Notes: generated by a model not told the origin, from the letters alone. 64,000 nt of DNA from Octopus sinensis (GCF_006345805.1 NC_043005.1:107260001-107324000), one strand, 5' to 3'. Shown: positions 25,458 through 36,740, counted from the stretch's first letter. Program-made: numbers and translations.

Positions 25458-26226
25458 TATATTATTCAAAGAAATTCCAACCCTGTTTTTTATGTTTTAT
25501 TTATATTCATTATATTATTAATGTAGAATATAGAATATATAGTATGAATAATATATATAGTAGTATAATGAAATGAAGTATTGATTGTCTTATTGAATAG
25601 ATGAAATGTTGAATATAAAATATTAAGGGACTAGTATACTTTCTTGCATTAAAGCAGTTTTCAAGGTCTCAGGTTATGACAGGAGTGTTGCAACTGTCAT
25701 GTATATATATCTATGTATATATACACACTTCGTTTTTGTATTTTGTTTGCAAGATCGTTGACGTGCAATCGTGTGTTGAAATCGGACTTGTTGTGTCTTG
25801 AGAGGGTCATAACACCAAAATAACACACGCACTGGTTCAATATCACGTCTTTATTGTTGATCATTTGTTTATTCGCTGGTTAATGATATGTGTGTGTTTG
25901 TCTCTGTATGTGTATGCATTTCTCCGCGTCTCTGTGTATATATACACTTAGGATTATTGTTTTTAAGCAATTTAGCAAGTTTAATCATAGTCACGTAATA
26001 AGTACAACGAAGAGACCAAATACTAAATGTAGAGAGTCAAGTCAAATTTATTACAAACTTGATCAATATCAAGCGATATCATTGATAAATCAATAACAAT
26101 ATAAATCTAATCAGTGTAAACATATTTGGAGCAAATATGTATAGTACAATAAAGAGATGTCCAATCGTTAATGAAGTAGCGGGGAAAGAAAAACAATTAT
26201 TATTGGTCCAAAAATTATAACCATAG

Positions 26227-26636
26227 AGTGGCTGTGTGGTAAGTAGCTTGCTAACCAACCACATGGTTCTGGGTTCAGTCCCACTGCGTGGCATCTTGGG
26301 CAAGTGTCTTCTGCTATAGCCCCGGGCCGACCAATGCCTTGTGAGTGGATTTGGTAGACGGAAACTGAAAGAACCCTGTCGTATATATATATATATATGT
26401 ATGTGTGAGTGTGTTTGTGTGTATGTGTTTGTCCCCCTAGCATTGCTTGACAACCGATGCTTGAGTGTTTATGTCCTCGTCACTTAGTGGTTCGGCAAAA
26501 GTGACCGATAGAATAAGTACTGGGCTTACAAAAAAGAATAAGTCCCGGGGTCGATTTGCTCGACTAAAGGCGGTGCTCCAGCATGGCCGCAGTCAAATGA
26601 CTGAAACAAGTAAAAGAGTAAAAGAGTAAAAGAGAT
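26227..26636 (+). mobile_element. SINE family B, full length
   Basis: Same head, core and AAAAGAGT-repeat tail as 7493. Confidence 0.9.
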
Positions 26637-26900
26637 AACCATGGTGGTTCATAATTGTAATACTTAGAGAATTACTAAAATCAGAAATAATTTTGGTAGC
26701 CTGCTGCTACTTTGTATAAAATGTCGTTGGAAAGCTGTAACAGAGAGATTTGAATCAGCCCTCTACCGGTTTTGCTCGCCACACCACAATCGGTACTGCT
26801 TTCAAAACTATGTATCAATAACCTCTTAACACATATGTATACAATGCTGATATATACCATTTTTGAATGACTATATATTCATCTATGTAAATAAAACTAT

Positions 26901-27326
26901 GGATCTTTTCGGTTTGAACGGCAGTTTTTAACATAATTTCTAGGTAACTAAAAGAATTTTAACTTCGTATACTGGTAGAACGTGTTTATAAGACATCTTT
27001 TTCTCTTGGCTTTATTGAGAAAATTCTATAGTTTGTAAGATATTTGTTGTTTTTTTTTCTTCAATTCGGCAATTTCAACCAATCTATGACGTCCACTGAG
27101 GTAAAAAAAACATTCTGTGCCGAATGAATATGAACTCGTTTAAGAAACAGATTGGGTTTGTTTACATTTGAGAAGAAAAAAGATACCCTTCCCCCCACCC
27201 CTAACCCTAAGTAACCCTAACCCTAAAACAGATTGAAATGCAATAATTATGACTAGGGTCATAATTATGGGTGACAATTTCATATGACACCGCTAGGAAA
27301 AACTGCCGGTCAAACCGAAAAGATCC
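26901..27326. mobile_element. MITE, 426 bp, 29-bp TIRs, 8-bp TSD
   Basis: TIR GGATCTTTTCGGTTTGAACGGCAGTTTTT with one mismatch to the right copy; TSD AAAACTAT at 26893-26900 and 27327-27334. Confidence 0.92.
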
Positions 27327-27654
27327 AAAACTATTTTAGGAGGTGCAGAACTATTAGAAATAAAGTTGCTTATGTGAAGGACTGTTACTGATTAAAGATT
27401 TATAAAAAAAACCACAAATTTTCAAACAAACATTCAAGTATGTAGTTGAATTAAAAATAAGGTTTCGACACGTATTAATCGGACCTCATCAGACAGAAGC
27501 AAGACGAATAATGTTCACTCGCATTTCTTCATTTTCTGACGTACATTGCATCGTTCTAATCTCAATCTCTCTTTTTCTCCTTCGCCTCTGCTTGAATTCT
27601 TCAACTTCAGCTTCCCAACATATCTTTCCTCAGTCCATGCTGCACTTACCCCAC

Positions 27655-27980
27655 ATTTCTTCTTCTTCTTCTTCTTCTCCTCCTCCTCCTCCTTCGTCTT
27701 CTTCTTCTTCTTCTCCTTCTTCTTGTTCTTGTTCTTCTTGTTCTTCTTCTTCAACTTCGTCTTCGTCTTCGTCTTCTTCGTCTTCTTCGTCTTCTTCTTC
27801 TTCTTCTTCTTCTTCTTCTTCTTCTTCTTCTTCTTCTTCTTCTTGTTCTTCTTGTTCTTCTTCTTCTTCTTGTTCTTCTTCTTCTTCTTCTTCTTCTTCT
27901 TCTTTTCTTCTTCTTCTTCTTCTTCTTCTTCTTCTTCTTCGTCTTCGTCTTCGTCTTCGTCTTCGTCTTCTTCGTCTTCT

Positions 27981-28012
<32 letters not shown>

Positions 28013-28130
28013 ATCTATTTCTTCTTCTTTTTCTTCTTTCTCTTCTTCTTCTTCTTCTTCTTCTTCCACTCCCTCCTACTCCTCCTCATCCTCCTTCTTC
28101 TTCCTCCTATCCCTCCTACTCCTCCCCTTC
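27655..28130. repeat. (CTT)n/(CGT)/(CCT) trinucleotide array
   Basis: Direct reading; source of the poly-S/F/L/E/K ORFs at 27511-28457. Confidence 0.95.
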
Positions 28131-28647
28131 CACCTCCTCCTCTGTCGTTCAGCTCCTCCACCTCCTACTACACAACCACCTCCTCCTCTCCCTTTTTATT
28201 TTGTTGCTGATATTGATATACATCTCCCCCCCTTTCTTCAACGTGTTCCCTCACTTCTATTTCCACATCATCCACCCATCCAAAATAACAACAAAAGCAG
28301 TAAAAATAAACAACAACAACAACAACAACAACAACCACACTCCAACACATTACACCTCACTCAACCTTCTTCATTTGCATCCACACCATTTACATCTCCG
28401 TACGACGTGATATCACTGCACTCAATAGCAGAGTGCCCGGCCAGACATTTTGATTAGCTAGATGAGAGAGACTCACTGGAAATTGCCCGGATATTAGTTG
28501 AGATTGGTAGTCAGTAGATTATATTTAGTGTCGATAAATATTTATACACCCGGTATGCAATTATCTTATTAATGTTCATTGTTTGTCAGCTCTATCATCT
28601 TACTTTTCTGCGGGTCTTTTTGATTGCTTCACTGTACTAACACGAAT

Positions 28648-30800
28648 TATTCGTTTTCAACCAGGGTTCCGCGGAACCTTAGGGTGCTGCCAGTACAGTC
28701 CAAGGGTTTCGCAAGAAGTTACATAAATGCTAAACTTGACAGTAATTTCTAATTCTCCTGTGCAGATATGTGTGCACATGTTAGGCCTACGTGTATATCT
28801 ACGATTTGCACGTCAGCGTAGAAGACCCTTGTCCTTGGTGTGTATATGTAGGCCTACGACGTGTACAACTACGAGTTACGCGCCAGCGTAGATGACCCTG
28901 GTCCTTGGTGTATACATGTACTTGCACATCTACACGAGTTGCATGCCAGCTTAGATGATGGTTCAGTTTTCTTTTGTAAAATACGAGTGACTATATTTGG
29001 AAGAAAAGTTTTAACTGCGTAAGCCATTTAGGTGTTGTTGTTAATATGCCTTTTAAAAGATCTGTAGTTTTTTAAAAGGCGTTTTTGTAAAATCTTTTTC
29101 TTGTATGACGTCTATTAATATATGGTCAAATGTTAAGATTAAAAAATCCGAAAGATAGTTGAATTGCATATGTAGAAAAAAACAAGAAATAAGGAAACTG
29201 ATATCAAATTATAAGATATGTAAATATGCATAAATATTAATTCCTTACAAATTTCTGAATTAGAACAATGAACAAATAAACGACATTTTAAATTAAAATC
29301 CGAAAATCTATTTTATTATTATATGCATATTGTTTAAATATAATCAAATACCTATTACTAAAAAAACATTAATAAAAAATGCTAAATTTTACATCATTAA
29401 ACTCGCTACACTTTAAAGATTTTTTGGTCTTGCCACTATTAGGTTTGCTTTTATATATATACAATTCTGCTTACAGCCCTACAAGTATGGATAGATTTCT
29501 GAAAAAAACGTAAGTTAGATACAGATGAAGAGACGCAGGGTCTGAGGCAGCCTGTTGAAGCTGCAGCCACTGCCAGTGATGCTGCCTCGTCGAAATTACC
29601 AAGAAATAATGGAATTAACCTGCAACTAAAAGTTCGTCAATATTGTGAAAACTACATAGCTCTGGGATTTACTTGGACTGGAAACCTAGACTGCTCTTCA
29701 CCTTTGTGTACTGTTTCTGGGGAGAAGCTGGCTAATAGTGCTATGGCACCAGCCAAACTGAAACGACACTTAACGACTAAACATCCAGAGTTGTCAGGCA
29801 AAAAAGAACAATATTTTAAAAGAGAATTGGCATTTAATAAAAGTCAAGTTTCTATGTTTGCCAAAAAGTTCAAATTGAGTGACGAAGGACAAGAAGCATG
29901 TTATTCTGTGGCGGAGATAGTTGCAAGAAAAATGAAACCTCATACCATCGCTGAAACTGTAATTTTACCTGCATGCCAGGAAATGGTGAGGATAATGTTT
30001 GGAGAGGATGCTGTATCAGAGCTAAATAAAATTCCTCTTTCTGACAACATAATAAGTCAGGAGACATTGAGTGCAATATTAAGTCAAAAATACTGAAACA
30101 TAAGTTGTTTGCACTTCAAGTTGATGAGAGTACAGACATCACTGATAAATCCCAGCTCCTTGTATTTGTTCGTTTTATTAATGATGAAGCTATTGCAGAA
30201 GACTTCATGTGTTGCAAAGAGTTGCCAGAAACAAGAAAAGGACAAGATGTATTTGATGTTTTAAATTCATATTTAGAATATTGTGGATTGAACTGGAAAA
30301 ACTGTGCTGGTACTTGTACAGATGGTGCCCCTGCAATGACAGGATGTCTTAAAGGCTTTGTCCCAATCGCACAAAAACAATATCCAAATGTTTCATTCAT
30401 AGAGAAGCACTAGCTGCTAAAACTCTTGGACCTGAACAAAAATCTGCATTGGATATGGTAGTGAAAATAGATAATTACTTGAAAATGAGGCCACTTAAAT
30501 GTCGACAGTTTGCGAAACTTTGTGTGAATATGGAAGTAGGTTATTCCACCTTAATCCAGCACACAGAAATACGATGGTTTTCAAGGGGAAAAGTATTGTC
30601 CCGTTTTTATGAATTAAGAGAAGAGTTATTAACCTTTTGTTTGCAAGAAAACCTGAAAGACTTTGTAGAATGTTTGAGTGATGACCATTGGTGTTCCAAG
30701 TTAGCATATTTAGCCGATATATTTCATGAGCTAAGCCTCTTGAACAATGGCATGCAGGGCAGGAACGAAAATATATTGTCTTCTACTGACAAAATAAATG
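28648..30800 (+). mobile_element. hAT DNA transposon, Buster/Charlie type, 3'-truncated
   Basis: Left end TTTTCAACCAGGGTTCCGCGGAACC is Charlie-like; about 65-70-bp subterminal repeats at 28765-28957; transposase downstream. Confidence 0.85.
29487..30800 (+). pseudogene. Buster-type hAT transposase (ZBED5/FAM200-like), disrupted
   Basis: MDRFLK, RQYCENYIALGFTWTG, LANSAMAPAKLKRHLTTKHP (BED finger), FALQVDESTD, CTDGAPAM, EIRWFSRGKVLSRFYEL. Confidence 0.93.
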
Positions 30801-31258
30801 CTTTTCTACTGTGGTGCTAATCTAATGTATGTAGTGTAAGATAGGAAAATATTTGTATGTTTCCCAGCCAGAAGTTATTGAAATTCTTTAGAGGCATTCG
30901 GTCCGTATCTCATCTCTTCTATTTCGATCAAACAGTAATATTTATGCAATGGGAGGTCCTTATATAACTGGTACTACTCTGCCATTTTTCTTGAGACAAA
31001 TTTAATACTATTTAACATTGTCATTCTATCAGATCATCTTTGTTAGGGACATGAAACACTCTTCCCCTATGACACTCCCAAGTGTTCGCTAGTTTTCGAT
31101 AATACTTCTACGTTAAGTAAGATACACAGAATGTTGTTCTCTACCAATACTGTCTTCACTAATAACGAAATTTTTGCCACTCCACCAACGATTTTCGATA
31201 CCAGTGATTTATTAATAACGGCGAAGGAGTGGCTGTTTGTTAAGTAGCTTGCTTACCA

Positions 31259-33235
31259 GACAGACGTGTTTCTTTTGCTCCGGCAAATGTCACGTGTTAA
31301 CGTGAAATATTGAACATTTTACGGCAACAGGTAGGACATTTTGGATATTTTTGGAAGCATAGTGAGGTTTATTGCTTGCCGTTAATACTTTTTTGGCATT
31401 AATATTAATTAGTGTTAACACTTTTCTGCGAGTAATAAGCTTCACTTTGCTTCGGATGTATTTGTTCTGCCTGTTGGCGTATTTATTGTCTCACCTTTTA
31501 GTGAGAATTGTGTATTTTAAGGAGGCATAGCCCCTCCTCAAAAATTAATTTGTTCGCTTGGATTTACCACGGAGAACCAATTGTGCTTGGATTTACCACG
31601 GAGAACCAAGTGTGCTGCAACTGGAGTACCCTGTTTCGTGAGGATTACCAGTTGCAGAACTGTGTTGCCATTATTTGAACTGTCTTCCTTCGTCCTTTTC
31701 TCTGCTCTGTCTTTCTGTTCTGTCATTGTGTTTTTTTCTTATTGGACTTTGAACTTTTAGTTGAACTTTTTTTCAAAATCATGGCAACAAAAGAAACCAC
31801 TGCTTTGGAATGGGAGGTTGTCCCACCCAAGCAGTGGATTGAAAGTCTTGAGAAGAGGATGGTGGTCCTACGAACCTATTCTAGGTCGCGTGGAGCTATC
31901 GCCCTCTTCGACAGGAGCACCATAGAGAAAGAATTGGGGGACCACCTACCAACGATAAAGTTTATTTCTCGGGGGACTAAATTTGCAACGGTGTGGTTGC
32001 TGTTTGTTACCCCCGAGGAAGTTAGCAGATTTGCTAGCGAGCCACTGGAGGAAGAGGAAATTTTGTTCCTCCCCTCGTATTGTGGCAGAAAAGTAAAAAG
32101 AGCCTGGGTTTGTGGGCTGCCCCCGGGCACGGAGGCGGAATGGATCGAGAAGACCATCCGGCGAGGCCTGGGGGATAGCGGACCCAGGCTACCTAGTGTG
32201 AAAATGGCTCCCGCGGTCGCCTGGGAGGGGTCAAAGGCAACTTTGACCCTGTGGACACCGGTGGCCGTGGGAGAAATGAAATTCCCGGACTCCTGAGAAT
32301 GGCTGGGCACAGGTACCCGGTGATACTCGAGGGACGCCCCCCCAAGTGTCACCTGTGCCTGAAGCCCGGACATATCAAGAGGAATTGTCCCGGGGGCCGT
32401 GGTGATGCCCCGGAGCATGAAGGGGAAAAGGCGCCCGCCGCCCCCTCATTGGAGGGGAGACAGTGGAAGTCGTGGAGGAGGTTGCCTCCACGAAAAGAAA
32501 GAGACAGGCGAGCAACAATGGTTGCTCGCCAAAGAACGCTCAGGTGGCGGAGGGGGATAGCGATCCCCCGTGTCTGGTGACGGAGTCCCCTGGGTCAGCA
32601 GTCTCCCCCAAAAGAAGGAGGAGAAAAAGAAAGAGAGGTCGGGCGGCTGATATCCATGAGCCGCAGACGTTGGCGGGAACTGTGCCGCCAACGAAAGAAA
32701 AGAACGTATTGGTCCTCTTCTATAGAGGAGGAGAAATTGAAAAAAAAATGATGGAAGAGTACCACAAGGGAGCATCTTTAGCCTTCACACAGGACCCCGA
32801 ATGGCCTCCGCAGATAGCTGTGGAGGCCGTGGCGTTCGACGTGACGCTTGGGCTAAAGGAGCTCAATGAAGATTATAGCTTGGTCCCGGGTGACGCGAAC
32901 TCGGAACTTGATTACGTTCTGAGGGAGGCGTGTTTGATGGTGGAGGGCGCGGGCACAAGCTACTTCGAGGACGATATGTAATTATTGAACTGTTAGTATT
33001 AATAATGGACTGCTAAGTCCAAAAATTGGAAAAATTGTAAGAGGTTTAATACCTCGTTTTGTGTTTATCTTTAAAAAGAACAATGTTTTAGAGAAGCGAA
33101 AGTCGGCGGGCGCTTTTTGTCTTCTCCCATCCTTATCATCAGTCTTTCATTATCATTCACTTCATTAATGTCCTCGTCCAGCCCGCAAAGTTAACTTAAT
33201 CTGTGTACTGCCTTTATGGCAAATGTTTTGAAATA
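31259..33235 (+). mobile_element. ORF1-only non-autonomous retroelement (half-LINE-like) with 17-bp TSD
   Basis: TSD AAGTAGCTTGCTTACCA at 31242-31258 and 33236-33252; one gag-like ORF; no RT or endonuclease. Confidence 0.85.
31781..32981 (+). pseudogene. L1/Tx1-like ORF1 nucleic-acid-binding protein with CCHC knuckle, two -1 frameshifts (about 400 aa reconstructed)
   Basis: MATKETT...KRAWVCGLPPG, YPVILEGRPPKCHLCLKPGHIKRNCP (CX2CX4HX4C), basic KRRRRKRKR tract. Three overlapping ORFs are each shifted by -1. Confidence 0.75.
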
Positions 33236-33811
33236 AAGTAGCTTGCTTACCAACCACATGGTTCTGGGTTCAGTCCCACTGCGTGGCACCTTGGGCAAGT
33301 GTCTTCCACTATAGCGTTGGGCCGACCAAAGCCTTGTGAGTGGATTTGGTAGACGGAAACTGAAAGAAGCCCGTCGTATATATGCATATGTATACGTGTG
33401 TGTTTGTGTTCTGTGTTTGCCCCCCCCCCTGCATCGCTTGACAAGCAATGTTGGTGTGTTTACGTCCCCGTCACATAGCGGTTCGGCAAAAGAGACCGAT
33501 AGAATAAGCACTAGGCTTACAAAGAATAGATTCTGGGGTCGGTTTGCTAGACTAAAGGCGGTGCTCCAGCATGGCGGCAGTCAAATGACTAAAACGAGTA
33601 AAAGAGTAACGGAATAATTTCTAATAGGAAATTCCATACCTGTTTATTTATCATGTACAATTTTGTGATTGTTATTAGCAAATGATACGGTTTAATGGTG
33701 AATAAATAGAGCCAAAACATTTCCCAGACACATGTTTAGTTATATAAGAACTGCAAATAATAGTACCTGAAATTTTAACTCTAATGTGTACCTCTCGTGA
33801 ATACCTATTTC

Positions 33812-34031
33812 TTTATTACCCTTAAGAGGCTAAACATAGAGGGGACAAACAAGGACAGACATTGGTATTAAGTCGATTACATCGACCCCAGTGCTAACTG
33901 GTACTTTAATTTATCGACCCCGAAAGGATGAAAGGCAAAGTCGACCTCGGCGGAATTTGAACTCAGAACGTAACGGCAGGCGCAATACCGCAAAGCATTT
34001 CGCCCGGCGTGCTAACGTTTCTGCCAGCTCG
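33812..34031 (-). mobile_element. SINE family C
   Basis: Reverse complement of the family C head, core and tail 1. Confidence 0.9.
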
Positions 34032-34075
34032 ACAACAACTACGTAATGGATTGTAAGAAAGATAACATTAATGTA

Positions 34076-34310
34076 AAGGCGGTGAGCTGGCAGAATCGTT
34101 AGCACGCTGGTCGAAATTCGTAGCTGTATTTCGTCTGCCGCTACGTTCTGAGTTCAAATTCCGCCGAGGTCGACTTTACCTTTCATTCTATCGGAGTCGA
34201 TTAAATAAGTACCAGTTACGCACTGGGGTCGGTATAATCGACTTAATACCTATGTCTGTCCTTGTTTGCCCTCTCTGTGTTTAGCCCCTTGTGGGTAGTA
34301 AAGGAATAAG
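34076..34310 (+). mobile_element. SINE family C
   Basis: AAGGCGGTGAGCTGGCAG head through GTGGGTAGTAAAGGAATA tail. Confidence 0.9.
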
Positions 34311-34376
34311 ATTGTAATACTGGAACAAGCAGGTTTGTTTCAAGAGGACACAGCCTGAATGTTTTACCCTAACTAC

Positions 34377-34419
<43 letters not shown>

Positions 34420-34428
34420 GTCTATCTA

Positions 34429-34480
<52 letters not shown>

Positions 34481-34517
34481 ATATATATATATATATATTA
34501 TATATATATATATATGA

Positions 34518-34558
<41 letters not shown>

Positions 34559-34777
34559 TAGAGAGAGTAGTGTACATTTAAAACACAAGAGAAACTACCT
34601 TTAACAGGTAATTTTAAACGCTAGAAGAAGCAGTCCAAACGACCGAAACCACATTTAAGAGCAATGAAGAATTAAAACTTCTACCGAAGTTATTTTTTTA
34701 CGGTTATACCTAAGTTTCAAATTTTTTAAGCAAATAAAATAACTTGCCAGGCGAAATTCTCATAAGTAACCGCGCTA

Positions 34778-34807
<30 letters not shown>

Positions 34808-34815
<8 letters not shown>

Positions 34816-35626
34816 ATTAGGGCTTAGTAAAATAAATTACTTTGCCACATAGCTTCGTGAGTTATTTATGAGTAAACATTATCTGAGAGAAATTTTCTTA
34901 AAGTAATGGAAATGGCTAAGAAACTTTTTGGCTGCTATTTCTAGAAAGTTCAGTATGTGGCAAAGTAATTTATTTTACTAAGCCCTAATTATATAATGTA
35001 ATATTTTAAATTCGCATTAAATGGTCCTTTTACATACTGAACACTACTTGGTGAAATTGATTAATAACTAATTAATTTTACCCTCAATTGTTGATATTAT
35101 AATTCATTTCTCTCTGTTCTATTGCTTTGGTTCTCACCGTTAAAATATATGTTTACTAGATAACCCACGTGGGTGGAAGGGGAGAGAGCAGGAATCTTCG
35201 CTTGCGCATTTTGAATTTGTTAGTACTGGCAGTCGGAGCGTGTTCATCTGAGGTGATACGTCGCCAAAGGGTATGTTCTTCCTTTTAGTGCTTCCAAATC
35301 CAAATTAAGAAATGTTGAGCTGACGAAAGAAATGCTGAGTTTATTTGGCTAATCTAGAAACGTTAACGTTCTCAAATGATCTTTGTACTTGTGATATTTT
35401 TCTGTTTTTACCTCCATACCTTCGTGAGTTATTTATGAGTAAACATTATATGAGAGAAATTTTCTTAAAGTAGTGGAAATGGCTAAGAAGCTTTTTGGCT
35501 GCTATTTCTAGAAAGTTCAGTATGTGGCAAAGTAATTTATTTTACTAAGCCCTAATTATATAATGTAATATTTTTAATTCGCCTTAAATGGTCCTTTTAG
35601 ATACTTAACACTACTTGGTGAAATTG

Positions 35627-35630
<4 letters not shown>
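34808..35630 (+). mobile_element. 567-bp-period direct-repeat element with inverted 44-bp head and internal hammerhead (retrozyme/pLTR-like)
   Basis: 34853-35063 repeats at 35420-35630 (offset 567 at both ends); 34808-34851 is the exact reverse complement of 34954-34997. Confidence 0.8.
35315..35375 (+). ncRNA. Type I hammerhead ribozyme candidate
   Basis: Stem I TTGAG/CTCAA, CTGACGA 35320-35326, imperfect stem II, GAAA 35357-35360, palindromic stem III AC-GTTAAC-GT, GTT triplet. Confidence 0.65.
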
Positions 35631-35694
<64 letters not shown>

Positions 35695-35736
35695 TAATAA
35701 AAAATGGAGTTAACGCAGGTGTAAACAAATATTTTT

Positions 35737-35822
35737 ACTTTCGACATATGTTTCGAAAATTCCACTGATACTATTCAAAAGAATAAATGGTATAAACAAT
35801 GCAATCTTCTCTTCGGGAAAGT
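35737..35822 (-). ncRNA. Type I hammerhead ribozyme, U4C variant, long stem II
   Basis: Stem I ACTTTC/GAAAGT, CCGAAGA, stem II GAAGATTGCA/TGGAATTTTC (9 of 10 pairs), GAAA-C-ATAT-GTC. Confidence 0.8.
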
Positions 35823-36021
35823 GAAAAAAACGAAACTCGTCAATACGACATTTTAGCAAAAAATGATGGCTTTGTATAGCGATAGACAGAACGCTCTTAA
35901 TATCGTTTAAAAAAACGTTATATGATATAACGTCATAAGTAGCTAACAGAAAGAGTAGGGATATTAATAGTGAATGTTAAATATAAAGGAAATTAAAGTT
36001 TAAATTATATATAATGATAGA

Positions 36022-36531
36022 CTACTTATATGCACTAAATGTATGTTTTTGCCAATGCTTACATCTGTATGCTCGCTCTATAACCGTGTTTACTAGAGTA
36101 TTTTTAGAAAAAATAACGAAAAATAGCTCAGAATTGCAGAGAAGACAGAATTTCTTGCCTTTGTCATATGGTATCGAAATTGAGAGGATCAACCATTCTA
36201 AATGAAATTGTTCATTGTGGTCTTTTAAATCCCAAATCAGTTTGCTGAGACCGGTACTATTCCGTTTATTTCTATCCCTAAATGTTGAGTAATGGATAGA
36301 AATCCTTTTAGATAACTCTAACGATGTGCTTCCAATGTAAAATCGTACTTTATTACGAGTACTGATTATACATTGGTATATAGAATTTTTAATCTTAGAG
36401 TTACTTGACATAAATTTAATTCTATTGGAATTGACTTCAGATACAATAACCTTGTTATTAATATTTCTAGAGAGTTGGATGGTATTAGCTAAATTAATGT
36501 TAGTATTAGTAAATGTATTAATATTTAACAT
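36022..36531 (-). CDS. GIY-YIG endonuclease of Naiad-type PLE, intact 169-aa ORF without RT
   Basis: AAAATG start; NSIYQC...FYIGST...KRISIH...STGLSKLIWDLK...W.I...Y..GKKFCLLCNSE...RCKH (CxxC...CxH). Confidence 0.75.
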   Translation of the reverse strand: MLNINTFTNTNINLANTIQLSRNINNKVIVSEVNSNRIKFMSSNSKIKNSIYQCIISTRNKVRFYIGSTSLELSKRISIHYSTFRDRNKRNSTGLSKLIWDLKDHNEQFHLEWLILSISIPYDKGKKFCLLCNSELFFVIFSKNTLVNTVIERAYRCKHWQKHTFSAYK

Positions 36532-36698
36532 TTTGTATTCATATTATTCAAATATTGAACGTAAACACGAAGTTTCTACCTTTATAAACAAGGAGTTACA
36601 ACACCTTCACTTGTGAGATTTTTGCTGCCCTGGTAACTATTTATTTATTTTTCCGTGTTAATTGTTAACAAGTTAAAAATACACTCAACTATTTATAT

Positions 36699-36740
<42 letters not shown>

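Larger units (their letters stand above)
31227..33610 (+). mobile_element. SINE family B interrupted by a 1977-bp insertion
   Basis: Head GAGTGGCTGTTTGTTAAGTAGCTTGCTTACCA at 31227-31258; the SINE resumes at 33236 and runs through the normal tail. Confidence 0.9.

Noticed and set aside
27511-28457. 299-303-aa poly-Ser/Phe/Leu/Glu ORFs
   Set aside because: Stop-free because they are trinucleotide repeats; open in several frames at once.
31556-31616. 29-bp repeats as a CRISPR array
   Set aside because: Contiguous tandem copies with no spacers, eukaryotic context, no cas genes.
35900-35960. SECIS-like ATGA hairpin downstream of the Naiad-type ORF
   Set aside because: Helix above the GA quartet does not pair properly and the ORF has no in-frame TGA.
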